From Eledone cirrhosa (lineage: Eukaryota), in assembly GCA_964016885.1 (NCBI GenBank), contig OZ024757.1, positions 31,372,001 through 31,436,000 of the forward strand: a DNA stretch of 64,000 bases, given 5' to 3'. This document shows, in pieces, positions 63,511-64,000 of this stretch. A program made the position numbers and the translations under genes. The notes beneath the pieces are model-generated. The model made no database searches. It was not told the DNA's origin and saw only the letters and a list, made by a program, of their open reading frames with translations. Each line of letters begins with the position of its first letter. Position 1 is the stretch's first letter.

Positions 63511-64000
63511 ATAATGTTATATAAAAATAAGGGTAGGGTCAAGGGAGTATAATATAACAGACAGATCATGTTTTGAGATCAATAAAATATAGTACCAGTC
63601 AAATACTGGGGATTGATAATTGACTAGCTCATAGACTATAGTAAACATTAAAAATATAGGGGTTGCAATACATGTAGGGCTGGACAGATAATATTATATA
63701 AAAAAGAGGGTAGGGTTAAGGGAGTTATATAACAGACAGATCATGTTGATAAAACCAAAAATAAGTATAAAACGGACAATAACAGGAGATATGATATAAA
63801 TCATGAAAATATTTAGGGGTTACCTACCCGCACAGAGGTGGGGACCCATTAGTTAAATCAAGTCCGACCACCCTCACACATGAGGTGGGGCTGCATTAGT
63901 TAAGCCAAGTCAGAACAACCCCAACATTTCCACCCATTCACTCACATGGGGAGACCCCACTACTTAAACCAAGTTTAAGCTGTATATACCCTAAACATTT

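Overview
AT-rich, very microsatellite-dense animal genomic DNA. The tRNA-SINE and LINE repertoire suggests a cephalopod such as Octopus; this is an inference from recalled repeat families, not a database match. Almost all long ORFs in the track are translations of simple repeats. One real host gene can be rebuilt on the + strand from four phase-compatible exons (16680-16806, 45832-45967, 60880-61019, 62267-62444). It encodes the C-terminal part of a TPM-domain, MOLO-1-like protein with a hydrophobic tail, and its first exon(s) probably lie upstream of the window. The introns hold more than 20 copies of one tRNA-SINE, relics of RTE, CR1, Tx1/L1 and CRE LINEs, piggyBac, hAT and Tc1/mariner MITEs, and several minisatellites that grew out of exon or LINE sequence. 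The most striking signal is a set of at least six apparently unrelated short non-coding element families. They carry type I hammerhead ribozyme cores, mostly sit in or beside (TA)n tracts, and often fold back on themselves at or next to the ribozyme (Penelope/retrozyme-like). Three of these families share a non-canonical U-U pair at the base of stem II. A block of about 1.5 kb plus its TA tract is duplicated across the 200-N gap and is probably an assembly artefact.
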